A stretch of 64,000 nucleotides of DNA. It comes from Candidatus Bathyarchaeum tardum. Lineage in GTDB: Archaea; Thermoproteota; Bathyarchaeia; Bathyarchaeales; Bathyarchaeaceae. Below, one piece after another: positions 11,993 to 22,262 of the stretch. A model generated the notes under the pieces. It made no database searches. It saw nothing but the letters and a program-made list of their open reading frames with translations, and was not told where the DNA came from. Positions within the stretch are counted from its first letter, which is position 1; the number at the start of each line of letters is the position of its first letter. The position numbers and the translations under genes are program-made. The stretch is from contig CP122380.1 in NCBI GenBank assembly GCA_024650005.2, positions 768,001 through 832,000 on the forward strand, in the 5' to 3' direction.

Positions 11993-12135
11993 TAGTCGAC
12001 ATTTGCGGAAAACAACCTTTCAATCTGACAAAAACCAGATGTTATTTTTTGATTAATATTGTTATTTTTTTCTAGAAAATTTAAGCACATGATGAAAAAA
12101 ATTACATAAAAAAATTGTTTCGTAGCAGATACAAT

Positions 12136-12182
12136 TGTTCTATCAAATAGAACACTATGTTCCAAAACATGGTGTTAAATAC
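12136..12182 (+). promoter_or_regulatory. Operator/promoter motif TGTTCTA-N5-TAGAACA-N2-ATGTTCCA..CATGG plus TATA-like box
   Basis: Same arrangement recurs at 18910-18951 (+) and, more degenerately, at 37884-37949 (-). Confidence 0.55.
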
Positions 12183-12202
12183 ACGTTATTTTCATATCCC
12201 CT

Positions 12203-12664
12203 ATGTGTAGAAAAATGATTAAAATTAAACGACATATAAAAATTGTTGCAGTGGCTTGTTTCATTGTCATTTTTTCCATATCAGCTCTAATGTTAAGCCA
12301 AAAAAATTCTTTGAGCGAAAAAGATTTTCCTTTGGAGTTAGATTTTGATAAAACCGTTTTTAATGTGGGTGAAAAAATATCTTTTAACGCAACAATAATT
12401 AATAAAAGCGGTAAAGACGTCGATATGTTTTCCAACGGCGAACAGCCTGGGGTAATTTTTCGCAATGTCAATGATAACCGTACTTACGGTGAAACATGCC
12501 AAGGAGTCAAACAAATTTTCCAAGCGGAAGAAAAAATAACACGATTTTTTGAATACGAAGCCAGTGAAATAGGAACATACATCGTGGATGCATGTTACCG
12601 TATTACGGTCGATAACATTTGGATTCATAATAAAATAGACGACATTATCATTGAAGTAAGATAG
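12203..12664 (+). CDS. Hypothetical exported protein (Ig-like)
   Basis: N-terminal hydrophobic segment; DKTVFNVGEKISFNATIINKS beta-sandwich-like motif. Confidence 0.65.
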   Translation: MCRKMIKIKRHIKIVAVACFIVIFSISALMLSQKNSLSEKDFPLELDFDKTVFNVGEKISFNATIINKSGKDVDMFSNGEQPGVIFRNVNDNRTYGETCQGVKQIFQAEEKITRFFEYEASEIGTYIVDACYRITVDNIWIHNKIDDIIIEVR

Positions 12665-12763
12665 AGAGAGTCAATTGTGTTTTTTATTAGTTGTTTAAAT
12701 TTACATTAGCGGGTATAAAACAAAAGTTCTGTTTTTATCCGACAAAACAACCTTTTTCAGAAA

Positions 12764-13156
12764 TTACTTTTTTGCAACTTTGAAGTGTGAGTTTCTTCCT
12801 GCGCTGACGTATTCTCCCCCGATTTCTCGTACAACAGATGCAATTTTGGCAAAATTGTCTGATCCAAGGAATCTTCTTGGTTTTACAATTATGTATTTTC
12901 CGCTTTGTTCGAACAGTAACATTCCTGCTAGTTCTGGAGAAAAGGCTTGTTTGACTTCGTTGATGTCTTTTTTTTCTCCTAAACTAGGCGCTCCAGTAGT
13001 TGGACTGGTTTGGGGGGTTGGTGTTGATTTTGTTCCAGTTGCTGATTTTAAGGATTTTGAAACATCAGAGAGGTCTTTTGCTATGACGTTTAGAACATTA
13101 AGTAGTTCGTCAACTTTTTGGGCTAAATCTTGAAGGTTAACTTTTTCTTCTCCCAT
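12764..13156 (-). CDS. Hypothetical protein (coiled coil, P/T linker, small C-terminal domain)
   Basis: 130-aa ORF with ATG start and a plausible domain ending GGEYVSAGRNSHF. Confidence 0.75.
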   Translation of the reverse strand: MGEEKVNLQDLAQKVDELLNVLNVIAKDLSDVSKSLKSATGTKSTPTPQTSPTTGAPSLGEKKDINEVKQAFSPELAGMLLFEQSGKYIIVKPRRFLGSDNFAKIASVVREIGGEYVSAGRNSHFKVAKK

Positions 13157-13288
13157 AACCAGCAGCTTCCATACTACAGGTTACAGTTACGTTACTTTTT
13201 TGTTTTTCCCATTCTAATTTTAATTTTTTATATTTTTAATTAGTTAATTGCTAAAACAGAATAACGTCTTTTCAGAGTAAACTCAAAC

Positions 13289-13594
13289 CTAGAACCCAAG
13301 CATTGATGAAACTAACTTGAAGTATTCCCGTAAACGAAGCTGATTAGTTTTGGAATAATCTTGGTTCATGAACTCGTTACAGATACACCCTAAATCTGTT
13401 TCTCGTTTAACCGTACCAAGTTTTTGGTAACAACAATCAAAGTTTTTGCATCCCAAACAAAATTCTTGGTACATCTCAACATTAAGTGCATTTCTTATTA
13501 TATTTGCTGCCCAATTAGGATGCGTAATAATGTATTCGTTGACTTCTGCACTCGACATTTTTGGTTTGCTCTGAAGTCTTTTCAGATCATCCAT
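13289..13594 (-). CDS. Hypothetical Cys-rich protein
   Basis: Likely start MDDLKRLQ at 13594; CLGCKNFDCC...CICNEF. Confidence 0.6.
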   Translation of the reverse strand: MDDLKRLQSKPKMSSAEVNEYIITHPNWAANIIRNALNVEMYQEFCLGCKNFDCCYQKLGTVKRETDLGCICNEFMNQDYSKTNQLRLREYFKLVSSMLGF

Positions 13595-13733
13595 CCAACT
13601 CAAACCAATTCCCCCGTAACATATTATCCAGCATAAACAGAAAAACTTTGCTATCCTTAATTTTTGCAATAATGTCTGCACAGAAAAATCCGTTGAAGTT
13701 TCAACATTAAATAACGGAACTGACACAATAAAC

Positions 13734-14777
13734 ATGACAAAAATGCTGGAAATAGATGGCAGCCAAAAAAGCGGCAGCGGAACAATTCTACGATTATCTG
13801 TTGCATTATCGGCTATCAATCAAGAACCTTTGCACATTTACAATATTCGTCATAACCGTAAACAACCTGGACTGCGACCACAACATCTTGAATCAATTAT
13901 TGCAGCAACAAAACTCTGTAACGCTGAAACAAAAGGTGTAGAACTTGATTCCCATGAATTATGGTTCAAACCAGACACTATCACGGGCGGTGAAGTAACC
14001 GCAAAAATTGGAACTGCTGGAAGCATTCCCATGCTCCTGTTAACTGTTTTACCGATTTGTGCATACGCAAGACAACCATGTAAGGTTCACGTGATGAATG
14101 GCGGAACCGATGTCCGGTACGCTCCAACAATTAATTACATCAAACATGTGATGTTGCCTGTCCTTGAAGAAATGGGACTAAAGGCTTCAATAACTGTCAA
14201 AAAATATGGTTATTACCCTAAAGGAATGGGCGAAATTGTCTTAAACGTTAATCCTGTTTCCTCTTTGCAGCCAATCAATTTAACAGAATTTGGCGCCATA
14301 ACTGAAATTGAAGGCATATCTGTTTGTACATTTCTAGAAAAACAAAAAGTTGCCCAACGTCAAGCACAAAAAGCTGCTAATTCTCTTGAAAACTGTGGCT
14401 ACAAAACAAACATTCACGTCCTTAATGACTATTCAAATCGTTTTCAGAAAGGCAGTTCCATCACTTTATGGGCAAAAACCAGTAAAGGTGCATTGATTGG
14501 AGCTGACGCTATTGGAGAAAAAAGAAAAACCAGCGAGGCTGTAGGTCAAGAAGCTGCTGAGAACCTTTTGAAAGAAATTCAAGCAAACGCATCGGTTGAC
14601 GTTCATCTGGCTGACATGCTTGTACCTTATGTTGGTCTAGCTAATGGACAATCGGCGTATTTTGTCCGCAAAATTACTGACCATATACAAACAAACATTT
14701 GGTTGATGGAAAAAATTTTAGGCATAAAAATTCAAGTTGAACCGTTAGACGCTGGTTTTCTAGTTCGAAAACTTTGA
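13734..14777 (+). CDS. rtcA: RNA 3'-terminal phosphate cyclase
   Basis: IDGSQKSGSGTILRLS, PGLRPQHL, GGTDV, GYYPKGMG, VDVHLADML. Confidence 0.95.
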   Translation: MTKMLEIDGSQKSGSGTILRLSVALSAINQEPLHIYNIRHNRKQPGLRPQHLESIIAATKLCNAETKGVELDSHELWFKPDTITGGEVTAKIGTAGSIPMLLLTVLPICAYARQPCKVHVMNGGTDVRYAPTINYIKHVMLPVLEEMGLKASITVKKYGYYPKGMGEIVLNVNPVSSLQPINLTEFGAITEIEGISVCTFLEKQKVAQRQAQKAANSLENCGYKTNIHVLNDYSNRFQKGSSITLWAKTSKGALIGADAIGEKRKTSEAVGQEAAENLLKEIQANASVDVHLADMLVPYVGLANGQSAYFVRKITDHIQTNIWLMEKILGIKIQVEPLDAGFLVRKL

Positions 14778-14826
14778 AAAAAGTTAATAAGCAACTGACA
14801 GTTTTCAACAATATTGGGTTTATTTA

Positions 14827-15795
14827 GTGAATTTATGGAAACTTAGGCTGTCCTTAATTGGAACTGTGGCTGTTATAATAGGGTTGTCTACGCTTTTTTT
14901 CACTGTTATTTTGTCGTTAGCTGGCGTTAGTATCCTGTTATTGCCCTTCATCGTTGTTGTTTTCAATATCGTCCAATGGCTCATTGCTCCTTATCTTATT
15001 AGTGCAATGTACCGGGCAAAAGAAGTTAACAAAGCAGAAGACCCCGCTCTGTATAATATGGTGGAGCGGTTAAGTCAAAAAAGCAAAATGAAAACCCCTA
15101 AATTAATGAAAGCAAAAATGGCTATTCCTAACGCTTTTGCTTATGGCTCACCACTTACAGGAAGCAGGGTTGCAGTAACAACGGGATTGCTAGAAACACT
15201 TAATGAAGATGAAGTAGAAGCCGTAATCGGACATGAACTGGGACACCTAAAGCATCGTGACGTTCAAGTAATGATGTTTGTTTCCATATTGCCTGCAATC
15301 TTTTACTTTATTGGTTACTCAATGCTTCTTTCGTCACTGTTCGGTCGACGAGACAGCCGAGATAACGGAGGCACTGCAATAATTGGACTTGCAAGCATCT
15401 TGCTGTATTGGGTTCTTACTTTGTTCACCCTTTATTTGAGCAGAATACGTGAATACTATGCTGATCGGCACAGTGTGTCAATAGTTGAAAATGGAGCAAA
15501 TAAGCTGTCACAGGGACTGGCAAAAATTGTTAACTCTACAAGCAACATGAAACAAAGAGGTAAAAAGTCAGGCGCTGGAGATTCTAATTCCTTTAAAGCG
15601 TTGTTCATTTCCGATCCAGACCGTTCTGAAATCGATTCCGCGGCATTGCGCCAGATGAGCGGAGGTGTGGGCGATAGAAAACTTGTCGAAGAAGTTCTGC
15701 GGCGAAAAATTAGTACCTTTGACAAGATTATGGAAGTGTTTTCTACTCATCCAAACATAGTAAAACGATTACGGGCGTTACAGCAACTAGACTAG
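14827..15795 (+). CDS. htpX: M48 zinc metalloprotease HtpX
   Basis: PNAFAYG, HELGH, SRIREYYAD, FSTHP. Confidence 0.92.
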   Translation: MNLWKLRLSLIGTVAVIIGLSTLFFTVILSLAGVSILLLPFIVVVFNIVQWLIAPYLISAMYRAKEVNKAEDPALYNMVERLSQKSKMKTPKLMKAKMAIPNAFAYGSPLTGSRVAVTTGLLETLNEDEVEAVIGHELGHLKHRDVQVMMFVSILPAIFYFIGYSMLLSSLFGRRDSRDNGGTAIIGLASILLYWVLTLFTLYLSRIREYYADRHSVSIVENGANKLSQGLAKIVNSTSNMKQRGKKSGAGDSNSFKALFISDPDRSEIDSAALRQMSGGVGDRKLVEEVLRRKISTFDKIMEVFSTHPNIVKRLRALQQLD

Positions 15796-15865
15796 AATTA
15801 CTATATTTGTAATTCTACCTTTTTTCTTTCTTTAAAATAGGTCAAGTTAAAATTGTGTTGCCCAA

Positions 15866-16048
15866 CTAAAGGGTTTCAAGCAATTTTTTTAGGGCTTCTG
15901 CCTCTTCTCGAAGCACAGCAACTTCACATTCTAAAGCGATGGCTTTTCCTTCTGCTGTTTGCCTGAGCAATTTTATTTCTTTTGACAGCTCTGCTTTTTC
16001 TTGTTCAAGTCTTTGGATTTTTTCTCGCATTTCAGTTAGTGACAACAC
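15866..16048 (-). CDS. Small coiled-coil protein
   Basis: 60 aa with heptad pattern, fills the gap between genes. Confidence 0.65.
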   Translation of the reverse strand: MLSLTEMREKIQRLEQEKAELSKEIKLLRQTAEGKAIALECEVAVLREEAEALKKLLETL

Positions 16049-16242
16049 TTAGTGAACCCCTTTGTTTTGTAAAATCGCTGCAGAATTGATATATCGCTTA
16101 TTGCAAAGGAAAATATACATCCGAAATTGACATATCTGCAACCAAAAAATCGTAAAAACATAAACATAACCCTGAACATATTGCGCCTTGATAATAAAAC
16201 TTGATAAAGTTAACAACTGATCAAACCTTTGAGCAAAAAACC

Positions 16243-16851
16243 ATGAAAGAATCAAATAATAGCCTCGAACTGGATTTGCAACTTGAAGTTGTTTCTTGGA
16301 GTCAAGTTTACAGGTCCCTTGTTGACATAGCTAAAGCAGTCCAAAGAAGCAGTTTTGTACCCGATGTGATAGTTGCTGTTTCTAGGGGCGGTTTGGTTCC
16401 TGCTCGAATACTATCTGACTTGTTAGAAAACTCAAATTTAGATACAGTTACAACACAATTTTATGTTGGAGTTAACGAAACAAAAAATAAGCCAACTATT
16501 ACAAAAGAAATATCGGGTTCAGTAGCTGGCAAAAAAGTTCTTTTGGTAGACGATTTGACAGATTCAGGTGAAAGCCTCAAACTTGTAATTTCCTATCTGA
16601 GCAGTAAAGGTGCTTCTATGGTAAAAACTGCAATGTTGCATCGCAAACCTTGGAGTGTTATTGAACCTGATTACTTCAGGTACGAAACTGCAAGTTGGGT
16701 TGTTTTTCCTTGGGACCAAAAAGAAAATGTTAAAAGATTATTTGAAAAACTTCAAGCCCTAGGAAACACTGTTAAAGACATTAAAGAAAAACTGATTAAC
16801 CTCGGGTTAAACAAGGAAGTTGTTAACCAAATTTCCGAGGAAAAAAATTGA
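16243..16851 (+). CDS. Purine phosphoribosyltransferase family protein
   Basis: VAVSRGGLVPAR, VLLVDDLTDSGES, WVVFPW; start probably ATG 16243. Confidence 0.9.
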   Translation: MKESNNSLELDLQLEVVSWSQVYRSLVDIAKAVQRSSFVPDVIVAVSRGGLVPARILSDLLENSNLDTVTTQFYVGVNETKNKPTITKEISGSVAGKKVLLVDDLTDSGESLKLVISYLSSKGASMVKTAMLHRKPWSVIEPDYFRYETASWVVFPWDQKENVKRLFEKLQALGNTVKDIKEKLINLGLNKEVVNQISEEKN

Positions 16852-17411
16852 CCCCCAATGCGTTAGAAAACGAAAAAATTGCCATACTGGGTTTTCGTGA
16901 CGTCAAAATTGACAATATTCCTGCTTTTCTTGAACAGTTAAAAACACAAAACAGTGAGGTTACTTTTCAACTGTTTGATGCAAAAAACATAGCAGGTCCC
17001 CAGCATCTGTATTTTGCAGCTGTTAATGCGTTGAATACCTTTGCCAAAAAAACAAACATTTCAAACAATCTGCAAGTTGAAGCCTTGCTTTTTGCTTCTG
17101 CTCAACGGCAAATAACAAAGGCAGTAGAAATGTTGGGAATAAAAAAGGGCACCTCAGAGATAGCAGCCCTAATTTTTGTAGAAAACGAAAACCAAAAAAC
17201 TGATGCCATTCAAAGCTTTACTAAATTAATTTCTGGAAAAAGGGATGACTCTATAATATCCTTGACTAACGAAAAGACAGAAACCATCAAAAAACTGTTT
17301 GAAATTTCTGAACTTGAATTTAATGCTTGCCTCAAAAAAGAAAGCACTGAAAAAGAAACATTAGTTGACCTTGTTATTGAGCGCATGGCCTTACTGGTCA
17401 CTAAGGGCTAA
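16848..17411 (+). CDS. cgi121: KEOPS complex subunit Cgi121
   Basis: QLFDAKNIAGPQHLYFAA...EALLFASAQRQITKAVEMLGIK...LVIERMALL. Confidence 0.88.
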   Translation: MTPNALENEKIAILGFRDVKIDNIPAFLEQLKTQNSEVTFQLFDAKNIAGPQHLYFAAVNALNTFAKKTNISNNLQVEALLFASAQRQITKAVEMLGIKKGTSEIAALIFVENENQKTDAIQSFTKLISGKRDDSIISLTNEKTETIKKLFEISELEFNACLKKESTEKETLVDLVIERMALLVTKG

Positions 17412-18011
17412 TGTAACAAATATTTGTTTAAGGCTTATTGGACCTGCTCGAAGGATTTTTGGTTTACCTAAAGTTAAATCTACAACTGTAGAAGGCGTTC
17501 CCTCAAGGGCAACTCCCCCATCAAGAACCATATCCACCTTTGCTATTAATTGTTCAGACATATCTTGAATAGACTTTGGAGGGTTTTCTCCTGATAAGTT
17601 GGCGCTCGAACCAATCAACAGACCACCAGACAACTGAATCAAACTCAAAGCAACGTTATTGTTTGGTATACGTAACCCCACTGAACCTAATCCTAAAGTA
17701 ACAACATCAGAAAGAGCACTTTTTTTTTGAAAAACCATAGTAAGGGGTCCTGGCCAGAACTTGGAAGCTAATTTTTTTCCACTTGCAGACATAAAAGCGA
17801 TTTTATCTACATCAGTTAAAGTTGCAGCTAAAACTGGAAAAGGTTTAGTTCTATTTCCTTTTATCTCTAAAACTCGTTTTACTGCTTCTGAGTTAAGGGG
17901 GTCACATCCCAGTCCGTATACTGTTTCTGTTGGATATGCTACTATTCCGCCTTGTTTCACTGTTTGAGCTGCTTTCAAAATGTTAATTTTTGTTGCTTTC
18001 AGAACTGTCAT
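17391..18011 (-). CDS. tsaC: L-threonylcarbamoyladenylate synthase (single-domain TsaC/YrdC type)
   Basis: YPTETVYGLGC, KGNR..KP, FWPGPLT, SSANLSG, PSTVVD; no C-terminal SUA5 domain. Confidence 0.9.
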   Translation of the reverse strand: MTVLKATKINILKAAQTVKQGGIVAYPTETVYGLGCDPLNSEAVKRVLEIKGNRTKPFPVLAATLTDVDKIAFMSASGKKLASKFWPGPLTMVFQKKSALSDVVTLGLGSVGLRIPNNNVALSLIQLSGGLLIGSSANLSGENPPKSIQDMSEQLIAKVDMVLDGGVALEGTPSTVVDLTLGKPKILRAGPISLKQIFVTLALSDQ

Positions 18012-18106
18012 GTTCTCGTCGAATTGAATATTGTATTAGCCTGAATTAAATCTCTACCTATTTTTTTGTAAAAAAGAGAAAAAAAGAAAACTGTTGTTTA
18101 ACTTTT

Positions 18107-18802
18107 TTATCTTGACCTTGATTTTACTCGGGGTCCAAGAAGGGTCCAAAGCCATTCCACGAATTCTTGTAGGTTTTTGGTTTGTATGTAAACGTCGCCG
18201 GGACCTTGAATTTCTGTTACTAGTCCTTCACCACCTAATATGGTTGATTTCAAGCCTCCAAACTTTCGAACTTTGTAGTCACAGGTGTCACTGAAGGCAA
18301 CCAAATGGAAGTTGTCTACAATCAGGGTTTTTCCTGCTTCTAAAGTGTGTTTGTCGATGGCTCCGAAAGTGTTTATGAAAAGTTTTCCTTCTCCTTTGGC
18401 TTTGATCATGAATAAGCCTTGGCCGAACAAGCCCTTGGTGAATCCTTGCCATTTCATGTCTAAGTCTACACTTTGGGTTGATGCAATGTACGATGCAGAT
18501 TGTATGATGTACCCTTGGTTTGGTTTCACATCTAACGTTTCAATGTCCCCTACTGGCGCTGCAACAAAAGCAGCTTCACCGGGACTGTTTTGGGCAGTGT
18601 AGTCGTTTACAAAAAATGATTGGCGCCCTAAAATGGACAATCCTAAGCTACCTAGAATACTTTTTTCGCGTTTACGAGTGTTCACTTGTATGTTAGGGTC
18701 CATGTAGGTCATGGCACCTGCTTCAGCTGTTACTGTTTCGTTTGGGTCCAATTTCACGACAAGCATCGAATATGATGGTTTATACTTAATTTCATACTTC
18801 AA
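18107..18802 (-). CDS. TIGR00266/AIM24 family protein
   Basis: AEAGAM, GLFGQGLF, VDNFHLVAF, GGEGLV...GPG.VYIQT. Confidence 0.9.
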   Translation of the reverse strand: MKYEIKYKPSYSMLVVKLDPNETVTAEAGAMTYMDPNIQVNTRKREKSILGSLGLSILGRQSFFVNDYTAQNSPGEAAFVAAPVGDIETLDVKPNQGYIIQSASYIASTQSVDLDMKWQGFTKGLFGQGLFMIKAKGEGKLFINTFGAIDKHTLEAGKTLIVDNFHLVAFSDTCDYKVRKFGGLKSTILGGEGLVTEIQGPGDVYIQTKNLQEFVEWLWTLLGPRVKSRSR

Positions 18803-18985
18803 TTATGTTCACCCTTTTTTGATTCAATCAACTAATTTTTTACAAACTAGATACATACATCGTTAGTGCCTGTTGATTTAAAATTATCTTTCAAAGCTTT
18901 TCAAAACTAGTTCTAAAGTTTAGAACACCATGTTCTAAACCGTGGAATTATATCGAATAAAACCCAAATAAACCAACATAAACCG

Positions 18986-19207
18986 TTGATGGTGCCAAAA
19001 ATGAAAAAATCAACAATCCTTTTCACAGTTTTAGCAGTAACCGCTTTTTTGGTTGCTACTGCTCTTGGATTACAAAACCCCAATGTCCCTGAAAGTCAAA
19101 TCGAATTACCTGAATCTCCCGAATCTTCCCAAGAAACCATAATTTCGTATACTTTACCTGAAAATAATGAACTAAACTTTGTTGTTCATCCTTTGTTAGA
19201 AACGTAA
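18986..19207 (+). CDS. Small exported protein
   Basis: MKKSTILFTVLAVTAFLVATALG signal peptide; preceded by the conserved operator motif. Confidence 0.6.
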   Translation: MMVPKMKKSTILFTVLAVTAFLVATALGLQNPNVPESQIELPESPESSQETIISYTLPENNELNFVVHPLLET

Positions 19208-19332
19208 ATCTGCTAATCTCTTTTACGTTATAATTTATCGTGGGATTCATCATAATACTTTTAAACAATGGCTTTTGAAGCATCACATTATTATTTCTCA
19301 ATTTTTATGTTTACGTTACAAACAGGTATTGA

Positions 19333-21135
19333 TTGAAGATGGTTCGAATAGCGGTCCTTGACGAAGAAAGATGCGAATCCAAACGCTGCGGTAGACCATG
19401 TTTCCGTTTTTGTCCACCAGTAAGAAACAAAATTGAAGCAATCGTATTCGAAGGCGAAACTCCTCAAATCATAGAAAGCCTGTGTGTAGGATGCGGCATC
19501 TGCGTTAGAAAATGCCCATTTAAAGCCATTTCAATAGTTAACTTGGCTGACGAACTTGAAGAAGACTGCAGCCACCGTTTTGGACCAAACACTTTCAAGC
19601 TGTTTCGTCTTCCAACACCTTCAGCAGGTGTTGTCTTGGGTCTTTTAGGGCAAAACGGCATTGGGAAAACAACTGCACTGCACGTTCTATCAGGAGAACT
19701 CAAACCAAACTTGGGACGATTTGATGATCCCCCATCTTGGACTGATTTAATTCAGCATTTTCGTGGCTCAACCTTGCAGGATTATTTCCAGAAAGTAAGT
19801 GAAGGCAATTTGAAGGTTGTTTACAAACCTCAGTACGTAGATAAGATATCTCGAGTAGTTTCAGGAAAAGTCGGCGACCTGTTAGAAAAAGTTGACGAAC
19901 GAGGCAAGCTGGCTCAACTCAAAGAACAACTGCAACTTGAAACAATATGGAACAGAAACCTCAAAGTCTTAAGTGGAGGAGAACTGCAAAGAGTTGCTGT
20001 TGCTGCGTCGATTTGTCGAGAAGCCGACGTTTACCTTTTTGATGAACCTACCAGTTATCTTGACGTTAAACAACGTTTGAACGCTGCCAAGGCTATTCGA
20101 TCCTTGAAAGATGATGAAAAAACAGTTATTGTTGCCGAGCACGATCTTGCAATTCTTGATTATCTTTCTGACCAAATTTGCATTTTTTATGGTGACCCAG
20201 GAGTTTACGGTATTGTTTCTCATGTTCATGGAGTACGTGTTGGAATCAATATTTACCTTCAAGGTTACATTCCTGACGAAAACGTCAGATTTAGACCCGA
20301 ACCAATAACCTTCAATGTTAGACCCCCCGCTGCTGGGTTAACTGCCGCTGAAACCCTTCTGAAATGGACTGAAATAACCAAATCTTTTGGGGATTTTGAA
20401 TTTACGTCAATGCCCGGGGAAGTAAAACGAGGTGAAGTAGTAGGAATTTTTGGACCCAACGGAATCGGAAAAACAACTTTTGTAAAAATGCTTGCTGGAA
20501 TAGAAAAAGCCGATTCGGGGGAAACTTCTGCTGAAGATGAGATGAAAATAAGTTATAAACCACAATATATTACGCCCCAATATGGCGGAACAGTTGAAGA
20601 CCTTCTCAAAGAAACCGCTGACAAAGCCTTTGGAACAAGTTTTTATCATACTCAAATTCTGCAGCCACTTAAAGTGCCGGTTCTTCTTGAACGAGAGTTA
20701 ACCGAACTCAGTGGCGGAGAACTACAACGTGTTGCAATCGCTGCTTGCTTATCCCGGGAAGCAGACCTTTATCTTCTGGACGAACCCAGCGCTTACTTGG
20801 ATGTTGAAGACCGGCTTTCTGCTGCCCGTACAATTCGGCGAGTGATTGAAAACAAAAAAGTCACTGCATTGGTTGTCGAACATGATGTTGTGGCACAAGA
20901 CTTCATTGCTGACCGGCTTATGATTTTTGCTGGAGAACCCGGTGTTCGCGGATTTGCGAATCCACCAACTGATCTGCGTAATGGCATGAACAGTTTTCTT
21001 GAGGACATGGCTATTACCTTCAGGCGTGACCCCCAAACAAAACGTCCTAGGGTAAACAAAGAAGGCTCTCGGCTCGACCGTGAACAAAAAGACCTTGGCG
21101 AATACTATTACATGAGCACAACTGAAGAAGAATAG
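19333..21135 (+). CDS. rli: Ribosome recycling ATPase ABCE1/RLI
   Basis: N-terminal Fe-S cysteines (C..C..FCP, CVGCGICVRKCP); two ABC domains (GQNGIGKT, GPNGIGKT, LSGGELQR). Confidence 0.97.
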   Translation: MKMVRIAVLDEERCESKRCGRPCFRFCPPVRNKIEAIVFEGETPQIIESLCVGCGICVRKCPFKAISIVNLADELEEDCSHRFGPNTFKLFRLPTPSAGVVLGLLGQNGIGKTTALHVLSGELKPNLGRFDDPPSWTDLIQHFRGSTLQDYFQKVSEGNLKVVYKPQYVDKISRVVSGKVGDLLEKVDERGKLAQLKEQLQLETIWNRNLKVLSGGELQRVAVAASICREADVYLFDEPTSYLDVKQRLNAAKAIRSLKDDEKTVIVAEHDLAILDYLSDQICIFYGDPGVYGIVSHVHGVRVGINIYLQGYIPDENVRFRPEPITFNVRPPAAGLTAAETLLKWTEITKSFGDFEFTSMPGEVKRGEVVGIFGPNGIGKTTFVKMLAGIEKADSGETSAEDEMKISYKPQYITPQYGGTVEDLLKETADKAFGTSFYHTQILQPLKVPVLLERELTELSGGELQRVAIAACLSREADLYLLDEPSAYLDVEDRLSAARTIRRVIENKKVTALVVEHDVVAQDFIADRLMIFAGEPGVRGFANPPTDLRNGMNSFLEDMAITFRRDPQTKRPRVNKEGSRLDREQKDLGEYYYMSTTEEE

Positions 21136-21152
21136 GTTCCTTTGCAGTTTGT

Positions 21153-21401
21153 TTAGGGTATTGTTTGGTCTATTGTCTCGATGTAGGTTTGATTTAGCGA
21201 TTCAATTTGATTGATTAAGGTATCAGTTTGGTTCAGAAGCTTATTTTCTAGAGCTCGTATTCGTTCAAATTGCGGTAGACTTTCTGTGTCTAGAGTTTGT
21301 TCGCATGCGACTACTGCATAGTCAACAACAACACATGCGAGTATCACTGCGGACGTAACGAAAAGTAAAGTTGCTACTGTTGTCTGCATTCCCACCCACA
21401 A
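21153..21401 (-). CDS. Small membrane-anchored hypothetical protein
   Basis: N-terminal TM helix followed by a coiled coil. Confidence 0.6.
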   Translation of the reverse strand: MWVGMQTTVATLLFVTSAVILACVVVDYAVVACEQTLDTESLPQFERIRALENKLLNQTDTLINQIESLNQTYIETIDQTIP

Positions 21402-21576
21402 TTTACAAAGACTGTTTTTTGATATAATATCGGTTATTTCGGTTCCAGATTTGTTGTTGTGTTCAACAATGAATCTAATAATGAAACATGACTAGAATTG
21501 ATTATGGTTAACAAGTAATGCGAAACTATAATATTACAAGCAAGGGACATAATCAGAAATAATAGGCGGTTCTGTT

Positions 21577-22209
21577 ATGGACGAAAAAACTTTTGAATGT
21601 CTTGTGATGGACTGGGACATGTTTTATAGGTTAGCTAAAAAAGTAGCAGACAAAATTAACAAATCAGGTTATCAACCAGAAGTAATTGTTGGTTTGGCTC
21701 GAGGGGGATGGGTATTAGCTAGGGTTCTTTGTGATTTTGTTGGAGTAAAAGATCTTGTCAGCCTCAAAGTTGAACACTGGGGGGTAACTGCAACTCCCGA
21801 CGGAACGGCTAAAATAAGAAATGAAATACGTGCTGACCTGAAAGGAAAAAATGTGTTAATTGTAGATGACCTCACAGACACTGGTGAAAGCATGCGTGTG
21901 GCTGTTGATTACATTAAATCGTTAGAACCTGCCGAAATCCGAACTGCCAGCTTGCAACATCTAACCTGTGCAAAATTCAAATCAGATTACGTTGGAGAAG
22001 AACTGCCTTGGGTGTGGGTTATCTTTCCATGGAACTTCACTGAAGACCTGTGCACAATTATTCCAAAAGTTTGCCGACGCATGAAAGCAACTCCTGAAGA
22101 AGCAGATGTTACCCAAATAAAAGACGAACTCAAACAATCCTATTGTATCGACACAACTGAAGAAACAATAAACGAAATTCTGCAAGAAATCAAAAGAAGA
22201 AAAAATTAA
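21577..22209 (+). CDS. Purine phosphoribosyltransferase family protein
   Basis: VGLARGGW, VLIVDDLTDTGES, WVIFPW. Confidence 0.9.
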   Translation: MDEKTFECLVMDWDMFYRLAKKVADKINKSGYQPEVIVGLARGGWVLARVLCDFVGVKDLVSLKVEHWGVTATPDGTAKIRNEIRADLKGKNVLIVDDLTDTGESMRVAVDYIKSLEPAEIRTASLQHLTCAKFKSDYVGEELPWVWVIFPWNFTEDLCTIIPKVCRRMKATPEEADVTQIKDELKQSYCIDTTEETINEILQEIKRRKN

Positions 22210-22262
22210 ATGGAAAAGAGTTAATCTTGAATTTCAAAATTCAAGCCTTTTACCTTTCATTT

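Noticed and set aside
13734-14777. Functional link between rtcA and the BHB elements
   Set aside because: rtcA is a common archaeal gene 12 kb away in a housekeeping context, and nothing in the sequence links them.
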